Source: a virus
DNA length: 20,997 nt
Virus genome (UHGV): UHGV-0209998
Reading direction: 5' to 3' (one strand)
The notes below the pieces were generated by a model, which searched no databases, was not told the DNA's origin, and worked only from the letters and a program-made list of their open reading frames with translations. The position numbers and the translations under genes are program-made. Shown piece after piece: positions 8,728 to 16,118 of this stretch (its first letter is position 1; the number at the start of each line of letters is the position of its first letter).

Positions 8728-9064
8728 AGATGATTTAGATTTAGATCTAGAAATTATCGATGAATCCCCCTCTTCGGAGGGGGAAGAAGAAAGAAAAGAA
8801 CGTCTTTTTAATGAGTCTCTTAAGATAATTAAATCCGCTATGGAAAATGTTATCCAGGAGATTGTCATTAAACTAGAAGATGGTTCTACACATATAGTGT
8901 ATGTAACTAAACTGGATTGGGTTGATGGAAAGGTTGTAATGGACTTTGCTGTTCTTGACCAAGAAAGAAAAGCTGAGTTAGCTCCTCATGTAGAAAAATG
9001 TATTACAATGCAACTACAAGATGCATTTAATAAAAGGTCAAAGAAAAAATTTAAATTCTTTTAA
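8720..9064 (+). CDS. 40: gp40 head vertex assembly chaperone
   Basis: ATG at 8720 overlapping the 3' end of uvsX; the track start at 8702 is non-ATG. 114 aa product MNKDDLDLDLEIIDE...; position uvsX-40-41 matches T4. Confidence 0.8.
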   Translation: MNKDDLDLDLEIIDESPSSEGEEERKERLFNESLKIIKSAMENVIQEIVIKLEDGSTHIVYVTKLDWVDGKVVMDFAVLDQERKAELAPHVEKCITMQLQDAFNKRSKKKFKFF

Positions 9065-9073
9065 GGAGTAAGT

Positions 9074-10501
9074 GTGGTAGAAATTATTCTTTCTCATCTC
9101 ATATTTGATCAAGCTTATTTTTCAAAAGTTTGGCCATATATGGATTCAGAATATTTTGAAAGTGGTCCAGCTAAAAATACGTTTAAATTAATTAAATCTC
9201 ATGTCAATGAGTACCATAGCGTTCCATCTATTAATGCGTTAAATGTTGCATTAGAAAATAGTTCATTTACTGAAACAGAATATTCTGGTGTAAAAACACT
9301 TATTTCAAAATTGGCTGATTCTCCAGAAGACCACAGTTGGTTAGTAAAAGAAACAGAAAAATATGTTCAGCAAAGGGCGATGTTTAATGCTACGTCTAAA
9401 ATAATTGAAATTCAAACCAATGCTGAGCTTCCTCCGGAAAAACGAAATAAGAAAATGCCGGATGTAGGTGCTATTCCTGACATCATGCGACAAGCATTAT
9501 CAATTTCATTTGATAGTTACGTTGGTCATGATTGGATGGATGACTATGAAGCACGTTGGCTATCTTATATGAATAAAGCTCGTAAGGTTCCATTTAAACT
9601 AAAAATTCTGAACAAAATTACTAAAGGCGGAGCTGAGACTGGAACACTAAATGTTTTAATGGCTGGCGTTAACGTTGGTAAGTCATTAGGATTGTGTTCA
9701 CTAGCAGCGGATTATTTACAGCTTGGACATAATGTTCTTTACATTTCCATGGAAATGGCTGAAGAAGTCTGTGCTAAGCGTATTGATGCTAATATGCTTG
9801 ATGTTTCTCTTGATGACATTGATGATGGGCATATTTCTTACGCTGAGTATAAAGGAAAAATGGAAAAATGGCGTGAGAAATCTACTCTCGGTCGTTTAAT
9901 TGTTAAACAGTATCCTACTGGTGGAGCAGATGCTAACACATTCAGGTCTCTCTTGAATGAATTGAAGCTCAAGAAGAATTTTGTTCCAACAATCATTATT
10001 GTCGACTATCTGGGTATTTGTAAATCGTGCCGCATCCGAGTTTATTCAGAAAATAGTTACACAACTGTTAAAGCTATTGCAGAGGAATTACGTGCTCTAG
10101 CTGTTGAAACTGAAACTGTTCTTTGGACTGCAGCACAGGTTGGTAAGCAAGCTTGGGACTCTTCTGATGTTAACATGAGTGATATCGCAGAATCTGCTGG
10201 TCTTCCAGCGACAGCTGATTTTATGCTTGCGGTCATTGAAACCGAGGAGTTAGCAGCAGCTGAACAGCAACTCATTAAGCAAATCAAATCACGATATGGT
10301 GATAAGAATAAATGGAATAAGTTTTTAATGGGTGTTCAAAAAGGAAACCAGAAATGGGTAGAAATTGAGCAAGATTCTACTCCAACTGAAGTGAATGAAG
10401 TGGCAGGTTCGCAGCAGATTCAGGCTGAGCAGAATCGCTATCAAAGAAATGAATCGACTCGAGCTCAGTTAGATGCTTTGGCGAATGAATTAAAATTTTA
10501 G
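9074..10501 (+). CDS. 41: gp41 replicative helicase (DnaB-like)
   Basis: 475 aa; Walker A AGVNVGKS. GTG start at 9074 is the first start codon after the in-frame gene 40 stop, with AAGGAG 5 nt upstream. Matches T4 gp41 from memory. Confidence 0.95.
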   Translation: MVEIILSHLIFDQAYFSKVWPYMDSEYFESGPAKNTFKLIKSHVNEYHSVPSINALNVALENSSFTETEYSGVKTLISKLADSPEDHSWLVKETEKYVQQRAMFNATSKIIEIQTNAELPPEKRNKKMPDVGAIPDIMRQALSISFDSYVGHDWMDDYEARWLSYMNKARKVPFKLKILNKITKGGAETGTLNVLMAGVNVGKSLGLCSLAADYLQLGHNVLYISMEMAEEVCAKRIDANMLDVSLDDIDDGHISYAEYKGKMEKWREKSTLGRLIVKQYPTGGADANTFRSLLNELKLKKNFVPTIIIVDYLGICKSCRIRVYSENSYTTVKAIAEELRALAVETETVLWTAAQVGKQAWDSSDVNMSDIAESAGLPATADFMLAVIETEELAAAEQQLIKQIKSRYGDKNKWNKFLMGVQKGNQKWVEIEQDSTPTEVNEVAGSQQIQAEQNRYQRNESTRAQLDALANELKF

Positions 10502-10530
10502 TTTACAAGCTGACAAGACTATGGTATAGT
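10502..10530 (+). promoter_or_regulatory. Early promoter upstream of dmd
   Basis: -35 TTTACA (10502-10507), 17 nt spacer, TGg + TATAGT (10525-10530). An 8 bp inverted repeat CAAGACTA/TAGTCTTG flanks the -10. Confidence 0.6.
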
Positions 10531-10559
10531 AGTCTTGTTGGTTAAACGAGGAGATTGTT

Positions 10560-10742
10560 ATGGAATTAGTAAAGGTAGTTTTTATGGGGTGGTTTAAGAA
10601 TGAAAGCATGTTTACTAAAGAAATCACAATGATGAAAGATGACGTGCAGTGGGCTACTACCCAATATGCTGAAGTTAATAAAGCGCTAGTTAAAGCTTTC
10701 ATTGATGACAAGAAAGTGTGTGAAGTGGATTGCCGAGGATAA
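10560..10742 (+). CDS. dmd: Dmd-like antitoxin (60 aa), the 61.5 position
   Basis: ATG at 10560 with GAGGAG 6 nt upstream; 60 aa, first gene after 41 as in T4. Sequence identity to Dmd not verified; call is by size and synteny. Confidence 0.6.
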   Translation: MELVKVVFMGWFKNESMFTKEITMMKDDVQWATTQYAEVNKALVKAFIDDKKVCEVDCRG

Positions 10743-10743
10743 T

Positions 10744-11001
10744 ATGCATATAGTTTTATTTAAGCCTACTCCGTATAACGTTAGGAAAAATACTCAATTC
10801 AAAGCACTTATCGCAGATACGTGGGAATTGGTGTTAGATATTCCATCAGAAGAAAACCCTCCATTTGGTCGAGTGGAATTTATTAAGTTTGCTGTGCGCC
10901 CTACTAAGCGACAGATTCGTCAATGTAAAAGATACTTTCGTAAAATTGCCAAGCTAGAGAAACAGTTTGTAACATGTGATTATGCAGAAGTTTTAAAATA
11001 A
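10744..11001 (+). CDS. Hypothetical protein (85 aa), 61.4 position
   Basis: ATG at 10744 immediately after the dmd stop, with GAGGA upstream; the track start at 10702 overlaps dmd. No recognisable motif. Confidence 0.55.
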   Translation: MHIVLFKPTPYNVRKNTQFKALIADTWELVLDIPSEENPPFGRVEFIKFAVRPTKRQIRQCKRYFRKIAKLEKQFVTCDYAEVLK

Positions 11002-11004
11002 CTG

Positions 11005-11033
11005 TTTACTTTTGTTGGAAATTGAGATACTAT
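11005..11033 (+). promoter_or_regulatory. Early promoter upstream of sp
   Basis: -35 TTTACT (11005-11010), 17 nt spacer, -10 TACTAT (11028-11033). Confidence 0.5.
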
Positions 11034-11061
11034 ATAAACATAAACTACTGAGGAGATTATC

Positions 11062-11355
11062 ATGAAAAAATTTATCTTTGCTACAATTTTTGCTTTAGCT
11101 TCTTGTGCTGCTCAGCCTGCTATGGCAGGCTATGATAAAGATTTGTGTGAATGGTCTATGACTGCGGATCAGACTGAGGTTGAAACCCAGATTGAAGCAG
11201 ATATTATGAATATCGTTGAGCGCGATCGCCCTGAAATGAAAGCTGAAGTGCAAAAACAGCTTAAATCTGGCGGTGTAATGCAGTATAATTATGTTCTGTA
11301 TTGCGATAAAAACTTTAATAACAAAAATATCGTAACCGAAATCACAGGCGAATAA
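11062..11355 (+). CDS. sp: Spackle-like periplasmic protein (97 aa precursor with signal peptide)
   Basis: N-terminus MKKFIFATIFALASCAAQPAMAG is a cleavable signal or lipobox; 97 aa and the position between dmd and 61 match T4 sp (61.3); GAGGAG SD. Confidence 0.65.
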   Translation: MKKFIFATIFALASCAAQPAMAGYDKDLCEWSMTADQTEVETQIEADIMNIVERDRPEMKAEVQKQLKSGGVMQYNYVLYCDKNFNNKNIVTEITGE

Positions 11356-11356
11356 T

Positions 11357-11989
11357 ATGATTTATTATATGCACAAAAATCCACCGTTTAAATACGGTAA
11401 ATTTCCTGATGCACAATGTTATAATATAACGCCTGATGAAAATAACCGTGGATATCTTATTGGCACAATTTTTGTAATTGTTAAAGATAACGAAATCGTT
11501 GCCTGGGCAGATTTTAAAGGTACAACATATGATGTTAATCCGGTGCCTTTCACATATTACAATTTAATGGATTTGGCATACGATTATAATTGGTTTAATC
11601 ATGACACTTTGGCTCATATTGAAGGTGTAGGATTTGATATTTCATATTCGGAATACACTTTAAGCCCTATGAGTCGAGCCCATAAAGAACCTGAATATTT
11701 TTCATTTAGGAAACGTGTAAACTTTAAACGCAGCACAGAGTATGTCGGTGGAATCTTTGTTAAAGATAATCGAATTATTCGTATTAATTATCCTTTGAGC
11801 GTTAGTCAAAAAGATATTGATGTTGATTTAGATTTCACTGAAAATAATATTAATAATATTGCTTCTGCGTATTTTGGTATCGATCACAAAATTGTAATAT
11901 GTGGATATGAATTACCGTTTGAAGAACAGCCTAAAGTAAAAGTTTCTATTGACGATCAAATTTTTAATGCTTTTATGAATAGGGGTTAA
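11357..11989 (+). CDS. Hypothetical protein (210 aa), 61.2 position
   Basis: ATG at 11357, one base after the sp stop. No recognisable catalytic motif. Confidence 0.7.
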   Translation: MIYYMHKNPPFKYGKFPDAQCYNITPDENNRGYLIGTIFVIVKDNEIVAWADFKGTTYDVNPVPFTYYNLMDLAYDYNWFNHDTLAHIEGVGFDISYSEYTLSPMSRAHKEPEYFSFRKRVNFKRSTEYVGGIFVKDNRIIRINYPLSVSQKDIDVDLDFTENNINNIASAYFGIDHKIVICGYELPFEEQPKVKVSIDDQIFNAFMNRG

Positions 11990-11990
11990 T

Positions 11991-12155
11991 ATGAAAACAT
12001 ATAAAGAATTTATCAAAGAAGATATGGTCGCTGGAGATTCAGGTGGTAATCCTGAAAATATCTCCACTGGAACAACGTCAGGCGCTGTAGTAAATAAAGG
12101 TCCTGAGCAGATTCCTAAAAAGAAAAAAGAGGAATCTAAAGAAAAAGAAGAGTAA
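11991..12155 (+). CDS. Hypothetical small protein (54 aa), 61.1 position; not in ORF track
   Basis: ATG at 11991, one base after the preceding stop; product MKTYKEFIKEDMVAGDSGGNPENISTGTTSGAVVNKGPEQIPKKKKEESKEKEE has a low-complexity Lys/Glu tail; stop 2 nt before the gene 61 ATG. Confidence 0.45.
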   Translation: MKTYKEFIKEDMVAGDSGGNPENISTGTTSGAVVNKGPEQIPKKKKEESKEKEE

Positions 12156-12157
12156 AA

Positions 12158-13186
12158 ATGTCATCAATACCTTGGATTGATAATGAGTTTGCATACCGTG
12201 CATTAGCTCATTTACCTAAATTTACACAAGTAAATAATAGTTCAACTTTTAAATTACGGTTTAGATGCCCAGTTTGTGGAGATTCAAAAACCGACCAGAA
12301 TAAAGCTCGTGGATGGTATTATGGTGATAATAATGAAGGAAATATTCATTGTTATAACTGTAACTATCATGCGCCAATCGGAATATATTTAAAGGAGTTT
12401 GAACCGGATTTATATCGTGAATATATCTTTGAAATAAGAAAAGAAAAAGGTAAAAGTCGTCCAGTAGAAAAACCTAAAGAACTTCCTAAACAACCTGAGA
12501 AGAAAATAATTAAATCTCTTCCGTCATGTGTTAGATTAGATAAACTGGCGGAAGACCATCCAATTATAAAATACGTAAAAGCTCGTTGTATTCCAAAGGA
12601 TAAATGGAAATATCTTTGGTTTACAACTGAATGGCCTAAATTAGTTAATAGCATAGCTCCAGGAACATACAAAAAGGAAATTTCTGAACCTCGACTTGTT
12701 ATTCCAATTTATAATGCTAATGGAAAAGCTGAATCTTTTCAAGGACGCGCATTAAAGAAAGATGCTCCTCAAAAATATATCACCATCAAAGCTTATCCTG
12801 AGGCAACAAAAATTTATGGTGTTGAACGAGTTAAAGATGGTGATGTATATGTTCTAGAAGGACCTATCGATTCACTTTTTATTGAAAATGGTATAGCCAT
12901 TACGGGTGGCCAATTAGACCTAGAAGTTGTTCCATTTAAAGATAGACGTGTGTGGGTCTTAGATAATGAACCTCGACATCCTGATACAATTAAGCGAATG
13001 ACTAAATTAGTCAATGCAGGAGAAAGGGTTATGTTTTGGGATAAATCTCCCTGGAAATCTAAAGATGTCAATGATATGATTAGAAAGGAAGGTGCAACCC
13101 CTGAACAAATTATGGAATATATGAAAAATAATATTGCCCAGGGGTTAATGGCTAAAATGCGGCTATCTAAATATGCCAAGATTTAA
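12158..13186 (+). CDS. 61: gp61 DNA primase (zinc ribbon plus TOPRIM)
   Basis: 342 aa; Cys4 zinc ribbon (CPVCGDS...CYNCNYH) and TOPRIM acidic motifs (VLEGPIDS, VWVLDNEPRHPD). Matches T4 gp61 from memory. Confidence 0.95.
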   Translation: MSSIPWIDNEFAYRALAHLPKFTQVNNSSTFKLRFRCPVCGDSKTDQNKARGWYYGDNNEGNIHCYNCNYHAPIGIYLKEFEPDLYREYIFEIRKEKGKSRPVEKPKELPKQPEKKIIKSLPSCVRLDKLAEDHPIIKYVKARCIPKDKWKYLWFTTEWPKLVNSIAPGTYKKEISEPRLVIPIYNANGKAESFQGRALKKDAPQKYITIKAYPEATKIYGVERVKDGDVYVLEGPIDSLFIENGIAITGGQLDLEVVPFKDRRVWVLDNEPRHPDTIKRMTKLVNAGERVMFWDKSPWKSKDVNDMIRKEGATPEQIMEYMKNNIAQGLMAKMRLSKYAKI

Positions 13187-13383
13187 ATTAGCCCAACTAG
13201 AGCAAATGCTAAATCTACGAATGTATCAAGAGTAACTACTGGAATATTAACACCATGCGCAATTGCAATTGGTGATAAAATAAAGTTCCAGAGTAAAATT
13301 CCTACCATAGCAGAAATAGTAAAAGCTATACGCTTTTTATTACCTTTTATGGCATTGACAAGTGCCATTAATTTTTGTACCAT
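13183..13383 (-). CDS. Hypothetical small membrane protein (66 aa), antisense to all neighbours
   Basis: Only convincing minus-strand ORF in the window. Minus-strand AAGGAGG sits 4 nt before the ATG (complement of 13381-13383). Hydrophobic core AFTISAMVGILLWNFILSPIAIAHGV. Its 3' end overlaps the gene 61 stop by 4 nt. Confidence 0.5.
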   Translation of the reverse strand: MVQKLMALVNAIKGNKKRIAFTISAMVGILLWNFILSPIAIAHGVNIPVVTLDTFVDLAFALVGLI

Positions 13384-13392
13384 ATGTCCTCC

Positions 13393-13419
13393 TTATTGCT
13401 TTATATATTTATTGTATGA
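13393..13419 (+). promoter_or_regulatory. Candidate MotA-dependent middle promoter for gene 56
   Basis: MotA-box-like TTATTGCTTTA (13393-13403), 10 nt spacer, -10 TATGAT (13414-13419); about 40 nt upstream of the gene 56 ATG. Confidence 0.45.
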
Positions 13420-13455
13420 TTAATCTACTAACCCATGAATTGAAAGGAAAAAATA

Positions 13456-13974
13456 ATGGCTTACTTTAATGAATGTGCTCATTTGATCGAAGGTGTTGAT
13501 AAAGCAAATCGTGCATATGCTGAGAATATTATGCACAATATTGACCCACTGCAGGTTATGCTTGATATGCAACGGCATTTACAGATTCGTTTGGCTAACG
13601 ATAAACCAGAAACAAATCGTCATCCCGATTCACTTGAAACTGCGGGAGAAGTTCTTGCTTGGTTGCGAAACCAAGACGATTATATCGCAGACGAAACTCG
13701 CGAGCTATATACTTCTCTTGGCGGTATGAGTAATGGTGAAAAAGAAGCTTCTGCTGTATGGAAACCTTGGAAGAAACGTTATTCTGAAATGCAATCCAAA
13801 AAAATTCAAGATTTATCTCCCGAAGATCAGCTTGAAATTAAATTTGAACTTATTGACCAATTTCACTTTTTCATGAATAAATTCATTGCTCTTGGAATGT
13901 CAGCTGAAGAAATCTTTAAACTTTATTATCTGAAAAATGCTGAAAACTTCGCTCGTCAAGACCGAGGTTATTAA
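13456..13974 (+). CDS. 56: gp56 dCTPase/dUTPase (dCTP pyrophosphatase)
   Basis: 172 aa; sequence MAYFNECAHLIEGVDKA...EEIFKLYYLKNAENFARQDRGY matches T4 gp56 from memory, including the conserved C-terminus. Confidence 0.88.
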   Translation: MAYFNECAHLIEGVDKANRAYAENIMHNIDPLQVMLDMQRHLQIRLANDKPETNRHPDSLETAGEVLAWLRNQDDYIADETRELYTSLGGMSNGEKEASAVWKPWKKRYSEMQSKKIQDLSPEDQLEIKFELIDQFHFFMNKFIALGMSAEEIFKLYYLKNAENFARQDRGY

Positions 13975-14163
13975 TGGCTCGTTTAAATAAACGCCAGCTT
14001 AAGAAAGCCCACAAGAAACGTATTGACAGCTATTTAAAGATTATGACAAAGAGCTCGTATGTGAGCTCTTAACTAATCAGCTTCGTATGGTTGAAGTTAC
14101 AGAAGGTCATGACGAAATTTATGTCAGTGAAGAAGCTTTAAAATTAATTATAGAGCATTCAAA

Positions 14164-14373
14164 ATGAAATTTGATTTCTACGCATGGCAAAAAGCCGGGA
14201 GACCGGCTACTCGAGCATTTGGTTCTGATGGATATAATATTAGAGCCCATTGGAAATTTAATGCTCCAGAAGATTATTCTCCGGTAATCATTAACGGCGA
14301 TGTTGTTATATTAACTAAAATCGGGTATTTTAACGTTCCGCGAGAATTTATTATAAATAATCATGTAATTTAA
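14164..14373 (+). CDS. Hypothetical protein (69 aa)
   Basis: ATG at 14164; no motif. Its 3' end contains the late-promoter box for soc. Confidence 0.55.
   Translation: MKFDFYAWQKAGRPATRAFGSDGYNIRAHWKFNAPEDYSPVIINGDVVILTKIGYFNVPREFIINNHVI
14353..14360 (+). promoter_or_regulatory. Late promoter box (TATAAATA) upstream of soc
   Basis: Exact TATAAATA at 14353-14360, 30 nt upstream of the soc ATG. I found no other exact copy near a gene start on a partial scan. Confidence 0.5.
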
Positions 14374-14389
14374 ATAAAAGGAGAATTAC

Positions 14390-14635
14390 ATGGCTAGTAC
14401 TCGCGGTTATGTTAATATTAAAACATTTGAGCAAAAATTAGATGGAAATAAGAAAATTGAAGGAAAGGAAATTTCTGTAGCTTTCCCTCTTTATTCTGAC
14501 GTTCACAAAATTTCTGGCGCTCATTACCAGATATTCCCTTCAGAAAAAGCAGCATATTCTACAGTATATGAAGAAAATCAACGTGCTGAATGGATTACTG
14601 CAAACGAAGATTTGTGGAAAGTAACTGGTGAATAA
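14390..14635 (+). CDS. soc: Soc small outer capsid protein
   Basis: 81 codons; MASTRGYVNIKTFEQKLDGNKKIEGKEISVAFPLYSDVHKISGAHYQ... matches T4 Soc from memory. AAAGGAG SD 6 nt upstream, late promoter upstream, strong terminator downstream. Confidence 0.8.
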   Translation: MASTRGYVNIKTFEQKLDGNKKIEGKEISVAFPLYSDVHKISGAHYQIFPSEKAAYSTVYEENQRAEWITANEDLWKVTGE

Positions 14636-14640
14636 ATTCA

Positions 14641-14666
14641 AGGACTCCTTCGGGAGTCCTTTTTTC
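14641..14666 (+). terminator. Rho-independent terminator after soc
   Basis: 8 bp stem AGGACTCC / GGAGTCCT with a TTCG tetraloop, followed by TTTTTT (14661-14666). Confidence 0.8.
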
Positions 14667-14676
14667 ATTTAAATGG

Positions 14677-14705
14677 TTTACATATCAAAATGGGTATGGT
14701 ATAAT
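14677..14705 (+). promoter_or_regulatory. Early promoter
   Basis: -35 TTTACA (14677-14682), 17 nt spacer, TGg + TATAAT (14700-14705). Confidence 0.55.
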
Positions 14706-14731
14706 AAAATTATCTTATAGAGGAGAGCACT

Positions 14732-14944
14732 ATGTTAAATCGTTGGATTAAACCAAATGAAGACCTCCAGAAGGTTCTTGATAAAGCTATCTCTGATAAA
14801 TGGGGTATGAAAAGCTGGGATTGTGATGTCGTCACGCATTCATTCATGATGCATGCAGATGGTTCAGTCGAGTTCAATGCTGAAATGCGATACACTGACT
14901 GGGGTGGATTTCAAAGAGTCGAATTTCAAAGAGGCTTTTTGTAA
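14732..14944 (+). CDS. Hypothetical protein (70 aa)
   Basis: ATG at 14732 with GAGGAGAG upstream, downstream of the early promoter. No motif. Confidence 0.6.
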   Translation: MLNRWIKPNEDLQKVLDKAISDKWGMKSWDCDVVTHSFMMHADGSVEFNAEMRYTDWGGFQRVEFQRGFL

Positions 14945-15285
14945 TGTTTATCTTTAATTGGTTTAAAAATTTCTTTACGGATTTTTTCTCTACAACTCCG
15001 GGAGAAGGTGTAGTTCCTATTTCAAATGACTACCTTCCTTTAACTGTAGTTGAATATGTTTATATGGGAGATGGAACAGTAGAAGCAGTTACTATGACTT
15101 ATGAAGAAGCCCAAGAATATTATAAAAATCCTTGGCGTTGGTCAACACCTACTACATCGTCTAATACGCAGAATACACAGTCTAGTTCTGATTCATATGA
15201 CACTAATGTTCCTGTTCATGTATGGGCAGGTGATTCATGTGGAAGTTCTTGTGATTCTGGTTGTTCATCTACATCTTGTGATTGA
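14944..15285 (+). CDS. Hypothetical protein (113 aa) with Ser/Thr-rich linker and Cys-rich C-terminal tail
   Basis: ATG at 14944 overlaps the preceding stop (TAATG). C-terminus ...[47 protein letters not shown]. Confidence 0.6.
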   Translation: MFIFNWFKNFFTDFFSTTPGEGVVPISNDYLPLTVVEYVYMGDGTVEAVTMTYEEAQEYYKNPWRWSTPTTSSNTQNTQSSSDSYDTNVPVHVWAGDSCGSSCDSGCSSTSCD

Positions 15286-15293
15286 GGAAAATT

Positions 15294-15779
15294 ATGGAAG
15301 CGATTTTGTTTGAAATGTATATTAGCAGTAATAACATGTCATTTGCTAAAGATGTTCCAATTACTGTAGCCGTAATAATTGATAAGGGTTATTGTAACCC
15401 TATGTATCTCGTAGAAAATTTCGTTTCAATGCCAGTTCCAGAAGATGCTGAAATAAAACTTAAAAAGATCGGAATTATTGAAACTGTACCAAATAGTCCG
15501 TTTAGAGCAATTGAAGCATTTACTAAATCCGAATACATTAATGTCAGCGCAGAACAATATAATGATAACCCTTTATCTTTTTATTCGTATGATTCAGTAT
15601 ATGACTGGAAAATAGATAAAGGAAATAAATTTATAATTGCGAGTGAAGATGCTTTATCATACTTTATTTATTATGTATGGAATAATTTAAATCCTAATTT
15701 GCTAAAAATTCATGAATTTGACGATGCTCCTACTATTGTTTTAGGTAAAACAAATGAAAGTTCTGAAGAAGATGCTTGA
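15294..15779 (+). CDS. Hypothetical protein (161 aa)
   Basis: ATG at 15294 with GAGGAAA upstream; the track start at 15282 is TTG. No motif. Confidence 0.6.
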   Translation: MEAILFEMYISSNNMSFAKDVPITVAVIIDKGYCNPMYLVENFVSMPVPEDAEIKLKKIGIIETVPNSPFRAIEAFTKSEYINVSAEQYNDNPLSFYSYDSVYDWKIDKGNKFIIASEDALSYFIYYVWNNLNPNLLKIHEFDDAPTIVLGKTNESSEEDA

Positions 15780-15957
15780 ATGGTTCAGTAGACCAAACTC
15801 AATGTATATTGATGATGGTTGGGTTGAACAGGCAAATAAAGAAATGCAGAACGAATCCGAAGAATGGATGAAATCGATGATTAGCACTGAGAAAGAAAAG
15901 AAATTAGAGCGCTCAGCACTTAAATTGATGAGAGACATCTATGGGGATAAATCATGA
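15754..15957 (+). CDS. Hypothetical protein (67 aa)
   Basis: ATG at 15754, overlapping the preceding ORF by 26 nt in another frame; charged, helix-like composition. An alternative ATG at 15769 is possible. Confidence 0.45.
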   Translation: MKVLKKMLEWFSRPNSMYIDDGWVEQANKEMQNESEEWMKSMISTEKEKKLERSALKLMRDIYGDKS

Positions 15958-16118
15958 ACAAGAATATGATGTTAGAAGAGGCTAAGGCTAAAGCAAATGA
16001 AGCCTTAGATTTGCTTCTTAAAATCGGTAGTAAAATGATGGAAGAAAATGAGAAATATATCCAGGAAAACAAAATTCCTGATGGTCCATTAGTAGGCAAG
16101 AGGAAATCACATGATTGA
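15954..16118 (+). CDS. Hypothetical small protein (54 aa), not in ORF track
   Basis: ATG at 15954 overlaps the preceding stop (ATGA); product [54 protein letters not shown]; overlaps the next ORF start by 8 nt. Confidence 0.4.
   Translation: MNKNMMLEEAKAKANEALDLLLKIGSKMMEENEKYIQENKIPDGPLVGKRKSHD

Noticed and set aside
6608-13179. Other antisense or internal track ORFs: 6608-6844(-), 6978-7172(+), 7503-7790(-), 8074-8268(-), 10057-10287(-), 10490-10711(-), 12367-12672(-), 12814-13179(-)
   Set aside because: Each is embedded in or antisense to a well-supported gene (42, the glycosyltransferase, uvsX, 41, dmd, 61), lacks an RBS, and has an implausible composition.
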